A stretch of 64,000 bases of DNA from Bacteroidia bacterium (GTDB lineage: Bacteria > Bacteroidota > Bacteroidia > Bacteroidales > JAPLDU01), in NCBI GenBank assembly GCA_026391255.1, contig JAPLDU010000055.1:925-64924 (forward strand), read 5' to 3'. Below the pieces are notes generated by a model, which saw only the letters and a list, made by a program, of their open reading frames with translations, was not told the origin of the DNA and did no database searches. How positions within the stretch are numbered: position 1 is the first letter of the stretch; each line of letters begins with the position of its first letter. Both the position numbers and the translations under genes were made by a program. Positions 50,877-61,453 of the stretch are shown here, one piece after another.

Positions 50877-52379
50877 TTATTTATTACCTTTTGGACTTCC
50901 CACCCTGGTCATGGCACATCTGAAACCCAGATCTGCCTGAGAACGGTTTTCATCCAGGAACCTGCGGGTACCTGGCACCAACCAGTATACACGATCAGCC
51001 CATGACCCGCCTTTGTACACTCTGGCACGGTCGCTGATCAGGGTTCTTGCTTTTGAATCCTTTTGTGCATTGGGAACGCGATACATATTATCGGTCTTCC
51101 ATGCAGAGGACTTAGTTTCATCATTATAGTTACTCGTATTTTCCTGTAAACTGGAAGCAAAGTCACCATCCAGGAAATTACGGTTATCGGATTTACGGTA
51201 ATTTGTCCTGTCCATGGCTTCCTGGTCAGTAACATCACGCCACTGGATATTACCAAGGCTGTCCTTTTCCTGTATCAGTCCTTCTTCATCGAGTACTTTT
51301 GTTTTAAACACATTACCCCTGAACGGGCGGAATTCTTCACTGACTTCAAATGACATAGGACGGTATACATCCATTACCCATTCATTTACATTACCGGCCA
51401 TGCAATACAGTCCATAATCGTTTGGCCAGTATGAATTCACCGGGGCAGTAATATCGGCATTATCGTTAAGGTAACCGGCTACTCCCATAGCATCTCCACG
51501 GCCTCTGAAGGCATTGGCATTCCATTTACCGGTTTCCGATTGACTCGGGTTTCTTCTCACATAATGACCGTTCCAGGGATAAAGCTTTCTTTCGTAAATA
51601 CGCTCATTCACTGAGTTTCCGATTAGAGCCAGCGCTGCGTATTCCCATTCGGCTTCGGTTGGCAGACGGTATTCCGGAAGGAAAATCCCGTCTTCCATTC
51701 TGACTTTACGTGTCTTATGGTTGGGATCAAGATCATTCAGGTCTTGTTTTACTTCGCCTTCATACTGGCTTGCTAAATAGGCTTCGGTATCGAAATGGTC
51801 GTCAGCGGTCTGGTTAGGATTCATATACAGAATTCCGTAACGTATTAGAATATCTTCGTTCACACGGTCAGTACGCCATTTGCAATAAGCAGTCGCCTGG
51901 TTCCAGCTGACTCCGACAACAGGGTATTCACGGTATGCAGGGTGCCTGAAATAATTTTCAACATAGGGCTCATTATAGGCCAGTGTTCTTCTCCAGCAAA
52001 GGGTATCAGGAAGAGCTTTCCTGTAAATATCAGGATAATCGGCATATACACGTTTTAACCAATAAAGATATTCACGGTAATCAACATTCCTCACCTCTGT
52101 TTCATCCATATAAAATGATGAAACAGTGACTCTTCGCGGTATGTTATTCCAGTCGTACAACACATCCTGTTCTACTCTTCCCATGCTGAATGATCCTCCT
52201 TCGATAAGAACCAACCCGGGACCTGTCTGCTGTTCAACAAAATTACCATATTCAAAACCACCATTCTTGGGATTATCATAATTCCAACCGGTGGTAGCTG
52301 ATTGTTTTCCACGGCACGACATAAGCGCCAGTAATCCGAAGAAAATTACCGAAACAATCAAAAAAGATTTAATCTTCAT
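50877..52379 (-). CDS. gldJ: gliding motility / T9SS lipoprotein GldJ (SUMF1/FGE-like domain)
   Basis: The lipoprotein signal is LALMSC. TGWNYDNPKNGGFEY...QQTGPGLVLIEGGSFSMG...FYMDETEVRNVDYREYLYWLKRVY resembles F. johnsoniae GldJ as recalled from memory. murF adjacency is also recalled for flavobacteria. Confidence 0.85.
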   Translation of the reverse strand: MKIKSFLIVSVIFFGLLALMSCRGKQSATTGWNYDNPKNGGFEYGNFVEQQTGPGLVLIEGGSFSMGRVEQDVLYDWNNIPRRVTVSSFYMDETEVRNVDYREYLYWLKRVYADYPDIYRKALPDTLCWRRTLAYNEPYVENYFRHPAYREYPVVGVSWNQATAYCKWRTDRVNEDILIRYGILYMNPNQTADDHFDTEAYLASQYEGEVKQDLNDLDPNHKTRKVRMEDGIFLPEYRLPTEAEWEYAALALIGNSVNERIYERKLYPWNGHYVRRNPSQSETGKWNANAFRGRGDAMGVAGYLNDNADITAPVNSYWPNDYGLYCMAGNVNEWVMDVYRPMSFEVSEEFRPFRGNVFKTKVLDEEGLIQEKDSLGNIQWRDVTDQEAMDRTNYRKSDNRNFLDGDFASSLQENTSNYNDETKSSAWKTDNMYRVPNAQKDSKARTLISDRARVYKGGSWADRVYWLVPGTRRFLDENRSQADLGFRCAMTRVGSPKGNK

Positions 52380-52416
52380 ATGATGAATTTTAATTCAGAT
52401 TCTAATTATTTATAAA

Positions 52417-53403
52417 CTAAAATGATGGACATTTAATTGCATTCCATGTCTTCTTCTTTTGGAAACAAGGGAACATATAGGAGAATGAAATCTCATGAGC
52501 ACCAAGAGTTTCTTTTGCTAATTTGGATATTGTGATGTCGTAACTGTAAGCAAGTTTGAAATTATCCTGCACAAAGCCAAGCATAATAATAAATGCATCA
52601 TAATTAAACTGAATGTTTTGTCTGAGCCAGAAACCAGCTGTGACTCCTCTTCGTGAAAGGTAAAGCCCATAGTTGAACTGTTCAAAGTCCTGTTGCTTCT
52701 GGTACATGAAGTTTGGTGATAATTGCAGTTCTCCGCGTTTAATATTATCACCGGTGAGTGGAATTATAAAACCCACATGAGCCGTATATTTTCTGGGGAG
52801 AACGGCATCGCTGCTGTTATTGAATGATTCAACAGGTTCGGCAAGATGATGGACTGCAATTCCAAAATAATAATTAGTGCCAAAACCAAGCAATCCGGTA
52901 GAAAAATCAAAATAGCTTTTATTCGCATCTTTGGGATACTGTTCATTGGTCCGGTAAATTACACCGTACAATGCATCAATCATATCAGGGAAAATGAGTC
53001 TATTCCAGTCAAGTTTACGCTGAATCCATGAAGTTTGAAAACCTCCGGTTAATGAAAAACTTCTTGTTACGCGCAAGGTATAAGCATACATGGCATCCAC
53101 ATTCGTGGTTTTGATTGTTCCATCTCCCTGCTGGTCATTCATGAAATGAAACCCGACCCCACCTTGCACAACATCAAGATATCCGTCAACAGAAGCATTA
53201 TAAGTAATAAAGGTATTGTGCAGTGCCGGCCATTGATTCCTGTAATTGAGCGACAATCTTGGGCAAATGGCTGAACCGGCAAACGCAGGATTAAGATAAA
53301 GCTGGTTTGCATAGAACTGCGAGAATTCAGGATCCTGTCCGAATCCCAGTTCCGATAACCCAATGAATAAGGTGAATATTAGTAATATCTTCGGCTTGAC
53401 CAT
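52417..53403 (-). CDS. type IX secretion system membrane protein, PorP/SprF family
   Basis: There is a signal peptide followed by DPEFSQFYANQLYLNPAFAGS, the N-terminal signature of PorP/SprF beta-barrels. Confidence 0.88.
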   Translation of the reverse strand: MVKPKILLIFTLFIGLSELGFGQDPEFSQFYANQLYLNPAFAGSAICPRLSLNYRNQWPALHNTFITYNASVDGYLDVVQGGVGFHFMNDQQGDGTIKTTNVDAMYAYTLRVTRSFSLTGGFQTSWIQRKLDWNRLIFPDMIDALYGVIYRTNEQYPKDANKSYFDFSTGLLGFGTNYYFGIAVHHLAEPVESFNNSSDAVLPRKYTAHVGFIIPLTGDNIKRGELQLSPNFMYQKQQDFEQFNYGLYLSRRGVTAGFWLRQNIQFNYDAFIIMLGFVQDNFKLAYSYDITISKLAKETLGAHEISFSYMFPCFQKKKTWNAIKCPSF

Positions 53404-53601
53404 TTCGTTACAAGAGTTTGACTTTCCTTAATGTTGTTTCAAGATAATCTGCAATAATAAGTATTTTCGTTGAATTCCGATAACAATGATTTCAAAATCA
53501 ACACTACAATATTAGATGAAAATTTTTGTTAAAAAAAATCTTCTCAATTAGTTTTTTATTTTTAAGCACGAATAACAACATTTAAAATAATTGTTAATTA
53601 G

Positions 53602-56600
53602 ATGTTATTTAATAATTTGACAAGTTATAAAATATTTTTTCTGTTCTTCTTTTTATTCTTTTTACGCCCGGTTTTTTTTTACGGGCAGGAAAAAATTATT
53701 CAAAGAAAGATCAATTGGAATAAAAATATTGCTATCAAACATAACCCGGCATACCATAATAATCAGCCTAAGCTTCAAAAAGGTAATGGAAAGATTCTGA
53801 ACATCCCGGTATATACCGAGAAATTCAGACTGGCAAATTCTTTTGGAAGTCAATGCCAGGCGGAATTTCTCAGGGAAGATTTTGAAAGTGTTGCTAAAGA
53901 GGAATATGCAGATGTACAGGAATCTAATGAGGTTGCCAATGAAATAATCCCGGAATACCATATTTCTTTTGAGCGTAAATCTCCTTATTTTATCCTGTCA
54001 TTTGTTCCGTTCAGAAAGAATCCGTCAACAGGTAAACTTGAAAAACTGAAATCTTATTCCCTGAAAGTTTCTTCTAAGAATCCAAAACCAGGCGGAAAGA
54101 AAGTTTACAGAAATTATTCATCACATTCAGTCCTAAGTTCAGGATTGTGGTTAAAAATAAGTATAAGCGAGGATGGGATATATTCAATAAGTTTTGATAA
54201 ACTGAAAGAGGAAGGATTTGACCAGCCTCAGGACATCCGGTTATTTGGAAATGGCAGCGGAATGCTGCCCCAAAACAGCTCACTACCGTATTATGATGAT
54301 CTCCGCGAGAATGCAATTTGGGTTTACCAGCAGGCAATCTATTTTTATGCCCAAGGCCCCGTGAAATGGACTTATGACAGCACCTGGCAGGAATTTACTC
54401 ACGAGTTGAATAATTATACGAAAACGTGCAGTTATTTTCTTACCGAACAGTCCGGAATAAAAAAGCGAATTTCCATATCTCCCGTCGTTCAGGCAACAGG
54501 GGTCATTGATGTGAGTTCATTTAATGATTATGTCTATCATGAAAAAGAGATCACGAATCTGCTTAAATCCGGCTCTGAATGGTACGGAGAAGAATTTGAT
54601 GATGTCACGGGTTTAAACCTGAAGTTTATATTTCCGGGTATTCAGCAGGGCGCATCCCTGGTGATTTCAGACCGGTTTGTTGCCAGAGCATCTGATCCAA
54701 GTAGCTATACAGTTCAGGTCAACGGAACAACAGTGCAACAAATCAATATGACAGCGGTTATTCTGGATAATCCGAGTCTCGCTTATGCTTCGGTCAGTTC
54801 AGCCAGAAATATTATTCAGGCACAAACTGATACAGTATCTGTTGATATCAGTTACAATAAACCCGCGAACATGCCTTCGGCCATTGGCTGGCTTGACTTT
54901 GTGCGGTTAAATACCAGGCGGAAACTTATTTATCATGGATCACAGATGAAATTCAGGGATATCCAATCTGTTGGTACAAAACAAAAAGCAAGTTTTCATA
55001 TTCAAAATCCAAAACCCGGCCTGCATATCTGGGATATCACTCATCCTTCCGATATTATTGAGATTCCTGCAAACCTGAATGGCAGCCTGCTTGATTTTAC
55101 GGTTCATACCGATTCGTTGAAAGAGTTTATCATTTTTGATCCGGCTACCTGTATTTCTCCTGTAATATCAGGACCGGTAGCAAACCAGGATCTGCATTCA
55201 TGCGGACAGCCTGACCTGGTGATAATTACTCATCCCGACTTTTTAGAATCAGCCATACAATTAGCCAATGAACATAAGAATAATGATCATCTGAACGTAG
55301 TTCTTGCCACAACGAGCCAGGTATATAATGAATTTTCATCAGGTTCGCCAGACATCAGCGCAATAAGGAATTTTATGAAAATGCTCTATGACAGGGCTAC
55401 CAGCCAGGAATATCTGCCACATTACCTTTTATTGGTGGGCGATGGCTCTTATGATAATATTTCCGATTCTCCGGGAAATACAAATTATATTCTCACTTAT
55501 CAGTCTGATAATTCACTGGTCCCTACCGAATCCTACGTTTCAGACGATTATTTTGGATTGCTTGATGACGGGGAAAATATTTCGACAGGATTACTTGACA
55601 TTGGCGTGGGCAGATTACCTGTAAAATCATCGTTAGAAGCCCAGAATGTCGTAAATAAAATCATTCATTACCAGGAACCTGCTTCTTATGGAAACTGGCG
55701 TAATAAATTGTGTTTTACTGCTGATGACGGGGATAATAACCTTCATTTATCCCAGGCGGAGAGTATGGCCGGGTATGTGGATATGAGTTACTCTGCCATC
55801 AACATCAATAAAATATACCTGGACGCTTATCCTCAGGAAACAGGGCCTTCAGGGGAAATATGTCCGATGGCTGAAGAAGCCATTTCAAATACCATCAACC
55901 GGGGATGCCTGATATTTAATTATACCGGGCATGGCAGTGAAACCGGCCTTACTGCGGAACATATTGTAAGCCTGAGTGATATTGGTTCATGGACAAATTT
56001 TGACCACCTCCCACTGTTTATGACGGCCACCTGCGAATTCAGCAGATTCGATAACTATTCCGAGGTCTCTGGTGGTGAACTGGTTCTTCTGAATCCAAAC
56101 GGAGGAGCAATCGGCCTGTTTACAACGACAAGGCTGATGTACTCAACTCCTAATTACCTGTTAAACAAGATATTTTACGAATATGTTTTCAGTGACAGTA
56201 CAAATACCCGCAGGGCCGGTGATATTATGAGGCTAACCAAAAATGATGCGGGATCCAGCGTGAACAAACTGAATTTTACTTTACTGTGTGATCCTGCTCT
56301 CAGGATTGCCTATCCCGTAATGTCAGTCGTTACCGATAAGATCAATAACCTGCCGGCTGATTTACAGAAAGACACACTCAAGCCTGGCGGGAAAATTACC
56401 ATATCGGGTCATATCGTTGATAAAAAAGGAAATATGTTGAGTTCATTCAATGGTACAATTTGGCCTGAAATTTACGACAAGCCCCTGCATCACATCACAC
56501 TTGGTACTGAGGGCGATGATGTATATGATTTTTATACCCAGGAAAATATTATCTTTAAAGGAAAAGCCAGCGTGAAAGACGGCAGGTTCAGCTTTACTTT

Positions 56601-57417
56601 CATTGCTCCCCGGGATATTAATCCAGGTATTGGGTCAGGAAAGATAAGCTATTATGCTGATAATGTTTCTGTTCAGACTACAATGCAGAAAACTGATGCC
56701 GGAGGCTATTACCGGAAGCTATTGATAGGAGGATCACTGACCGGCACAACCCATGATAAACTTGGACCTGAAATAGTTGTTAAACTTGATAATGAGAATT
56801 TTAATTTTGGAGGAATTACCGGGCCTGATCCTGAACTCATCATCAGGTTCACCGATTCATCGGGAATCAATGCAACCGGCAACGGAATAGGACACGATAT
56901 TACTGCCATTATCGATAATAATACATCATCAACAATCGTGCTGAATGATTATTATGAAGCCGACCTTGACAGCTACCAGAGCGGAAGGGTAGAATATAAG
57001 CTCAGCGGACTAAGTGACGGTAGTCACAGCATCAGGGTAAAAGCCTGGGATGTATTTAATAATCCATCGGAAGCCTATATTGAATTTTTTGTCAGTTCAA
57101 CCAAAGAGTTATTTATTGATCACCTGTTTAACTACCCAAACCCGTTTACCAACAATACCACATTTTATTTCAGTCATAATCTCGACAACCAGGAAGTACA
57201 CCTGCTGATCCGTATATTTACAGTCAGCGGAAAATTTGTCAAAAGTCTGGAGAGTACAATATTGGCTGAGAAAGGAAAATTAGCCGGGTTATCATGGGAC
57301 GGACTGGATGATTTTGGAAACAGGATTGGCAGGGGTGTGTATTTTTACAAGGTGACTGTAAGGACCAACTATGGCAGTACTGTGGAGAAAACGGACAAGC
57401 TGGTCATTCTCAAATAA
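53602..57417 (+). CDS. porU: type IX secretion system sortase PorU (C25 gingipain-like peptidase)
   Basis: The protein is 1271 aa. It has a C25-like core (YLLLVGDGSYD, IFNYTGHGSE, LFMTATCEFSRFD) and a C-terminal CTD-like beta-sandwich (NYPNPF...GVYFYKV). Confidence 0.88.
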   Translation: MLFNNLTSYKIFFLFFFLFFLRPVFFYGQEKIIQRKINWNKNIAIKHNPAYHNNQPKLQKGNGKILNIPVYTEKFRLANSFGSQCQAEFLREDFESVAKEEYADVQESNEVANEIIPEYHISFERKSPYFILSFVPFRKNPSTGKLEKLKSYSLKVSSKNPKPGGKKVYRNYSSHSVLSSGLWLKISISEDGIYSISFDKLKEEGFDQPQDIRLFGNGSGMLPQNSSLPYYDDLRENAIWVYQQAIYFYAQGPVKWTYDSTWQEFTHELNNYTKTCSYFLTEQSGIKKRISISPVVQATGVIDVSSFNDYVYHEKEITNLLKSGSEWYGEEFDDVTGLNLKFIFPGIQQGASLVISDRFVARASDPSSYTVQVNGTTVQQINMTAVILDNPSLAYASVSSARNIIQAQTDTVSVDISYNKPANMPSAIGWLDFVRLNTRRKLIYHGSQMKFRDIQSVGTKQKASFHIQNPKPGLHIWDITHPSDIIEIPANLNGSLLDFTVHTDSLKEFIIFDPATCISPVISGPVANQDLHSCGQPDLVIITHPDFLESAIQLANEHKNNDHLNVVLATTSQVYNEFSSGSPDISAIRNFMKMLYDRATSQEYLPHYLLLVGDGSYDNISDSPGNTNYILTYQSDNSLVPTESYVSDDYFGLLDDGENISTGLLDIGVGRLPVKSSLEAQNVVNKIIHYQEPASYGNWRNKLCFTADDGDNNLHLSQAESMAGYVDMSYSAININKIYLDAYPQETGPSGEICPMAEEAISNTINRGCLIFNYTGHGSETGLTAEHIVSLSDIGSWTNFDHLPLFMTATCEFSRFDNYSEVSGGELVLLNPNGGAIGLFTTTRLMYSTPNYLLNKIFYEYVFSDSTNTRRAGDIMRLTKNDAGSSVNKLNFTLLCDPALRIAYPVMSVVTDKINNLPADLQKDTLKPGGKITISGHIVDKKGNMLSSFNGTIWPEIYDKPLHHITLGTEGDDVYDFYTQENIIFKGKASVKDGRFSFTFIAPRDINPGIGSGKISYYADNVSVQTTMQKTDAGGYYRKLLIGGSLTGTTHDKLGPEIVVKLDNENFNFGGITGPDPELIIRFTDSSGINATGNGIGHDITAIIDNNTSSTIVLNDYYEADLDSYQSGRVEYKLSGLSDGSHSIRVKAWDVFNNPSEAYIEFFVSSTKELFIDHLFNYPNPFTNNTTFYFSHNLDNQEVHLLIRIFTVSGKFVKSLESTILAEKGKLAGLSWDGLDDFGNRIGRGVYFYKVTVRTNYGSTVEKTDKLVILK

Positions 57418-57447
57418 TATTGGTGTTTGATAATAAAATATTTATAA

Positions 57448-57509
57448 CACATAGTCACATAGAATACATAGTCACTTAGAAAGACAATGTATAACTATGT
57501 GACTATGTG
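57448..57509. repeat. perfect 15-bp inverted repeat built from CATAGTCA words, 32-nt loop, downstream of porU
   Basis: CACATAGTCACATAG (57448-57462) pairs with CTATGTGACTATGTG (57495-57509). The loop contains a further CATAGTCAC word. Confidence 0.85.
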
Positions 57510-57692
57510 GTTTAAATAATAAGCCCATATTCATTGAGGATTACAATATTGCTATTCTTGTCAATCTTTGAAAATTGCCAGGTAAATGAAGTAGATAAAT
57601 TCACCGGCTTTTTAGACTTACTTACCGGTTAAACCACAGGACCTGTCAAATAATACTTTTGAAAATTCACATTTCGTTTATCTTTGGCCGCT

Positions 57693-60137
57693 ATGAGGAA
57701 CATTTCTGTCATTATTCTGCTTACTGTTCTTCCGGTTATAATGTTTGCCCAGCAGGCAAAAAAAGTGGCTGAAGCTTCACGCACACCTTCTCCTCCGGTT
57801 ATTGACGGGATACTGAATGACCAGGTCTGGCAGAATGCAAAAGTAATCAGTGATTTCAGGCAGAGTGATCCAAGATTTGACACAGATCCTTCCTTTAAGA
57901 CAGAGGTAAGAATACTCTATGATGACCATGCCATTTATTTCGGGGCAATGATGTACGATCCGCATCCCGACAGTATTCTTCACCAGCTTGGGAACAGGGA
58001 TGATGCTAATCTGAATACTGATCAGTTTGAATTTAAATTCGATACCTACCATAATCAGCTTGATGCCTATATCTTCACTGTAAGCGCTGCAGGTGTACAG
58101 GCTGATTCACGGGCTTGTGATGCCACATATAATGCAGTCTGGGAAAGCTGTACTAAAATCAATGATCAGGGGTGGACGGCCGAGATCAGGGTTCCCTATT
58201 CAGCTATTCGTTTCCCTTCAAACGATGAGCAAACATGGGGACTTCAGATATTCAGGGTAATCAGGCGGTCCCGCGAACAAGACCAGTGGTCGCTAGAGAT
58301 GAAAGACATAGCAAACGCCATGACATGCTGGGGGGTTTTAAAAGGGATAAGTAAAATAGATGCCCCGGTCAGATTATCTTTATTTCCTTATCTGTCGGTA
58401 TATGGTGAGCATTTTCCTTACAATACCAAGGAAATCAGCAATTATTCCGGTGGTTTCAGCGGGGGGTTGGACCTTAAGTACGGACTGAATGAAAGTTTTA
58501 CATTCGACATGACTTTGCTTCCTGATTTCAGCCAGGTGAAATCAGACGATAAAATAAAGAACCTCACCGCGTTTGAAACCGTCTATCCTGAACAAAGGCC
58601 TTTTTTCCAGGAAGCTGTGGACTTATTCGAAAAGGGAAATCTTTTTTATACACGAAGAATCGGAGGACTTCCATTGCTTTTTGATTCAGTATCTTCCAAA
58701 TTAAAAGACGGTGAATTCATAGAAAAAAATCCTATGCAGGCAAAGTTGTTAAATGCTGCAAAATTTTCTGGAAGAAACAAGAAAGGCCTGGCCATCGGTG
58801 TTTTCAATGCTATTACTGACAATACCTATGCTGTGATTGAAGATTCAACAGGTAACCAGCATAAGGTGCTGTCTGATCCGATGACCAATTACAATATCAT
58901 CGTCCTGGACCAGGCACTGAAATATAATTCATCCGTTTATCTTATCAATACAAATGTTGCCAGGACGCATGGGTTTAACAATGCCAATGTTACGGGAACA
59001 GGGCTCAGTCTTTTTGATAAAAAAATCCATTATCAGTTTTCTGCAGGAGGCGCTGTCAGCCGGATTTTTCATAAAACCGACAGCATCAATGTCTCTTCAA
59101 TAAATACAGGTACCAACTATTTTGTCCAGCTGCATAAAGCATTCGGACAGTTCAGGGCGCTGCTGAACCATACTGTCATGGACAGCTGTTTTAATGCGAA
59201 TGATCTCGGAATTACCCTGAAAAATAATTATATTTCAGACAACCTGATACTTCAGTACAATTATTATCTTCCGGTCTGGAGGTTCAGGGAACAATTCAAC
59301 CAACTGACCATCAGCGATGAAAAACGGTATACCAATAAAAAAGTCACCGGAACTGATATCAGCATTGATTCGTGGGGTACATTCAGGAATTATCTGACAA
59401 TATCGGCAGACGCATATTACCGGCCCTGGGAAGTACTGGATTATTATGAACCCAGGGTAAGTGGCCGATATTATGTTAGTCCCGGGGCTTTTTCATGCAC
59501 GGCAGGTTTTTCATCTGACTACAGAAAACCTTTTGCCCTTGATGGTCAATCAAGCTGGACAACTGCCAAGAGAGATGATTATAATTCATTCTCAGCAACT
59601 CTTGCCCCTATTATCAGAGTCAGTGATAAACTGCTGTTCAAATACAGTTTTAATTTTACCAGATCATTCAACGATCAGGGTTATGTCACTGCTGTTTCAA
59701 ATGATAGCATCATTTTTGGCCGCAGGAACCTTGCTACCTGGGAAAATATCCTGACCGGGAAATTTCTGTTCAGTAACTACCTGTCGCTTAGTCTGAACAT
59801 AAGACAATATTGGATGAGTGGCGTATACAAACGGTTTTACCTGCTCAAACAGGATGGATATCTTGACCCGGATGTGAATTATTCTGAAAATGCAAATTTC
59901 AGTTTTAATACATTCAATATTGATCTATTGTTTAACTGGGAATTTGCACCCGGAAGTAATCTTTCTGTTTCTTATAAAAATGATGTTGAAAGGGATGAAA
60001 GCTCCATCATCAATAGTTTTTCCGGGAACTTCAGGCATACGATCAATTCGCCGCAGACCAACAGCATCTCGGTAATATTTCTTTATTACCTTGATTACCA
60101 GGAATTGATAAGAAGAAAATCAGGCAATAGGCAATAG
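57693..60137 (+). CDS. DUF5916 / carbohydrate-binding family 9-like outer-membrane protein
   Basis: There is a signal peptide. PPVIDGILNDQVWQNA is a CBM9-like start. The C-terminus is long and rich in beta-strands. The ATG at 57693 lies inside a TTG-initiated ORF. Confidence 0.7.
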   Translation: MRNISVIILLTVLPVIMFAQQAKKVAEASRTPSPPVIDGILNDQVWQNAKVISDFRQSDPRFDTDPSFKTEVRILYDDHAIYFGAMMYDPHPDSILHQLGNRDDANLNTDQFEFKFDTYHNQLDAYIFTVSAAGVQADSRACDATYNAVWESCTKINDQGWTAEIRVPYSAIRFPSNDEQTWGLQIFRVIRRSREQDQWSLEMKDIANAMTCWGVLKGISKIDAPVRLSLFPYLSVYGEHFPYNTKEISNYSGGFSGGLDLKYGLNESFTFDMTLLPDFSQVKSDDKIKNLTAFETVYPEQRPFFQEAVDLFEKGNLFYTRRIGGLPLLFDSVSSKLKDGEFIEKNPMQAKLLNAAKFSGRNKKGLAIGVFNAITDNTYAVIEDSTGNQHKVLSDPMTNYNIIVLDQALKYNSSVYLINTNVARTHGFNNANVTGTGLSLFDKKIHYQFSAGGAVSRIFHKTDSINVSSINTGTNYFVQLHKAFGQFRALLNHTVMDSCFNANDLGITLKNNYISDNLILQYNYYLPVWRFREQFNQLTISDEKRYTNKKVTGTDISIDSWGTFRNYLTISADAYYRPWEVLDYYEPRVSGRYYVSPGAFSCTAGFSSDYRKPFALDGQSSWTTAKRDDYNSFSATLAPIIRVSDKLLFKYSFNFTRSFNDQGYVTAVSNDSIIFGRRNLATWENILTGKFLFSNYLSLSLNIRQYWMSGVYKRFYLLKQDGYLDPDVNYSENANFSFNTFNIDLLFNWEFAPGSNLSVSYKNDVERDESSIINSFSGNFRHTINSPQTNSISVIFLYYLDYQELIRRKSGNRQ

Positions 60138-60199
60138 GCAGTAGGCAGTAGGCTATAGTCAAAAGTAAATAGTCAGTAGTAATAAGTTAATGCATTATG

Positions 60200-60330
60200 C
60201 TTGATACCTGATACTTGATACCTGATACCAGTGACTCATGACTTGTCACCCCGTCACTCCATCACCCTGTCACTTTGTCACTTTGTCACCGCGTCACTTC
60301 GTCACTTCGTCTCTCAGTCTCTCTGTCACC
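60200..60330. repeat. composite microsatellite made of the same modules in a different order and orientation: (TGATACC)n, AGTGACTCATGACTTGTCAC, (NNNGTCAC)x9
   Basis: The sequence is CTTGATACCTGATACTTGATACCTGATACCAGTGACTCATGACTTGTCACCCCGTCACTCCATCACCCTGTCACTTTGTCACTTTGTCACCGCGTCACTTCGTCACTTCGTC... Confidence 0.9.
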
Positions 60331-60336
60331 CAATTC

Positions 60337-61212
60337 TCACGCTTTGCCAAGCGCCCTGGCCATGGTGATCCCAATCTCGGCGGGCGATTCGACCACATGA
60401 ATACCGCATTCGCGCATGATCTTCATCTTGGCAGCAGCAGTATCATCAGCGCCACCGATAATAGCGCCGGCATGACCCATACGGCGTCCTTTCGGCGCTG
60501 TCTGCCCGGCGATGAATCCCACCACCGGTTTATTACCATTTTCTTTGATCCAGCGGGCAGCTTCGGCTTCCATATTGCCGCCAATCTCACCTATCATGAT
60601 AACGCCTTCTGTTTCGGGGTCATTCATCAACAATTTCACTGCATCAAGAGTAGTTGTCCCGATGATAGGATCACCGCCAATTCCAATGCAGGTAGATTGC
60701 CCCATTCCGGCCTTGGTAACCTGGTCAACCGCTTCGTAAGTGAGAGTGCCGGAGCGGGAAACGATGCCAATGCTCCCTTTGCGGTGAATAAAACCGGGCA
60801 TTATTCCGACTTTAGCTTCACCGGGAGTAATGATACCCGGACAATTGGGACCTACCAGCCTCACATTTTTGTCGGAAATGAACTCTTTTACCTTCACCAT
60901 ATCAGCAGTAGGTATTCCTTCGGTGATGGCAACAATGACCTTCACACCGGCATCCGCAGCTTCCATGATAGCATCGGCAGCAAATGAAGGAGGAACAAAT
61001 ATGACAGAAACATCGGCGCCGGTTGATTTCACGGCATCAGATACTGTATTGAAAACAGGACAACCAAGATGCATCGTGCCTCCTTTGCCCGGTGTAACAC
61101 CACCCACTACATTCGTACCGTATGCAATCATCTGCGATGCATGAAAACTACCTTCGTGCCCGGTAAATCCCTGGACAATCACCTTTGAATTCCTGTTGAC
61201 TAAAACACTCAT
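60337..61212 (-). CDS. sucD: succinate--CoA ligase [ADP-forming] subunit alpha
   Basis: [32 protein letters not shown] and the phosphohistidine loop MGHAGAII are present. The start is taken at [10 protein letters not shown]. Confidence 0.95.
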   Translation of the reverse strand: MSVLVNRNSKVIVQGFTGHEGSFHASQMIAYGTNVVGGVTPGKGGTMHLGCPVFNTVSDAVKSTGADVSVIFVPPSFAADAIMEAADAGVKVIVAITEGIPTADMVKVKEFISDKNVRLVGPNCPGIITPGEAKVGIMPGFIHRKGSIGIVSRSGTLTYEAVDQVTKAGMGQSTCIGIGGDPIIGTTTLDAVKLLMNDPETEGVIMIGEIGGNMEAEAARWIKENGNKPVVGFIAGQTAPKGRRMGHAGAIIGGADDTAAAKMKIMRECGIHVVESPAEIGITMARALGKA

Positions 61213-61365
61213 GTTTGAAGAATTTGTTCTTAAATAATCTTTCAAAAATATATTTTTCATTGATAAATCTTGTTGTCAGTTCGATTTTACTTTCCTTTCA
61301 ATAAGAATATTTTCATTTTTTCAATCTGGCAATAATCTGATTACAATAATGTTTTATGGTATTAA

Positions 61366-61396
61366 CTGACGACTTATGACTTACGACTGACGACTA
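61366..61396. repeat. GACTTA(T/C)GAC word repeat (inverted relative to 7805-7834)
   Basis: The sequence is CTGACGACTTATGACTTACGACTGACGACTA. It lies in the sucD/mnmE divergent spacer. Confidence 0.8.
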
Positions 61397-61453
61397 AATA
61401 ATCTGAATTCCAGCTTTCACTTAATTTCCATAATTTTGCAAAAAATATCTGTA

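Noticed and set aside
57693-60137. The possibility that the gene after porU is PorV.
   Set aside because: At 815 aa with a CBM9-like N-terminus, it is about twice the size of PorV and matches the DUF5916 pattern instead.
60238-60987. A 249-aa plus-strand ORF (MTCHPVTPSPCHFVTLSPRHFVTSS...).
   Set aside because: It starts inside the (NNNGTCAC)n microsatellite and then runs antisense to the strongly supported sucD gene.
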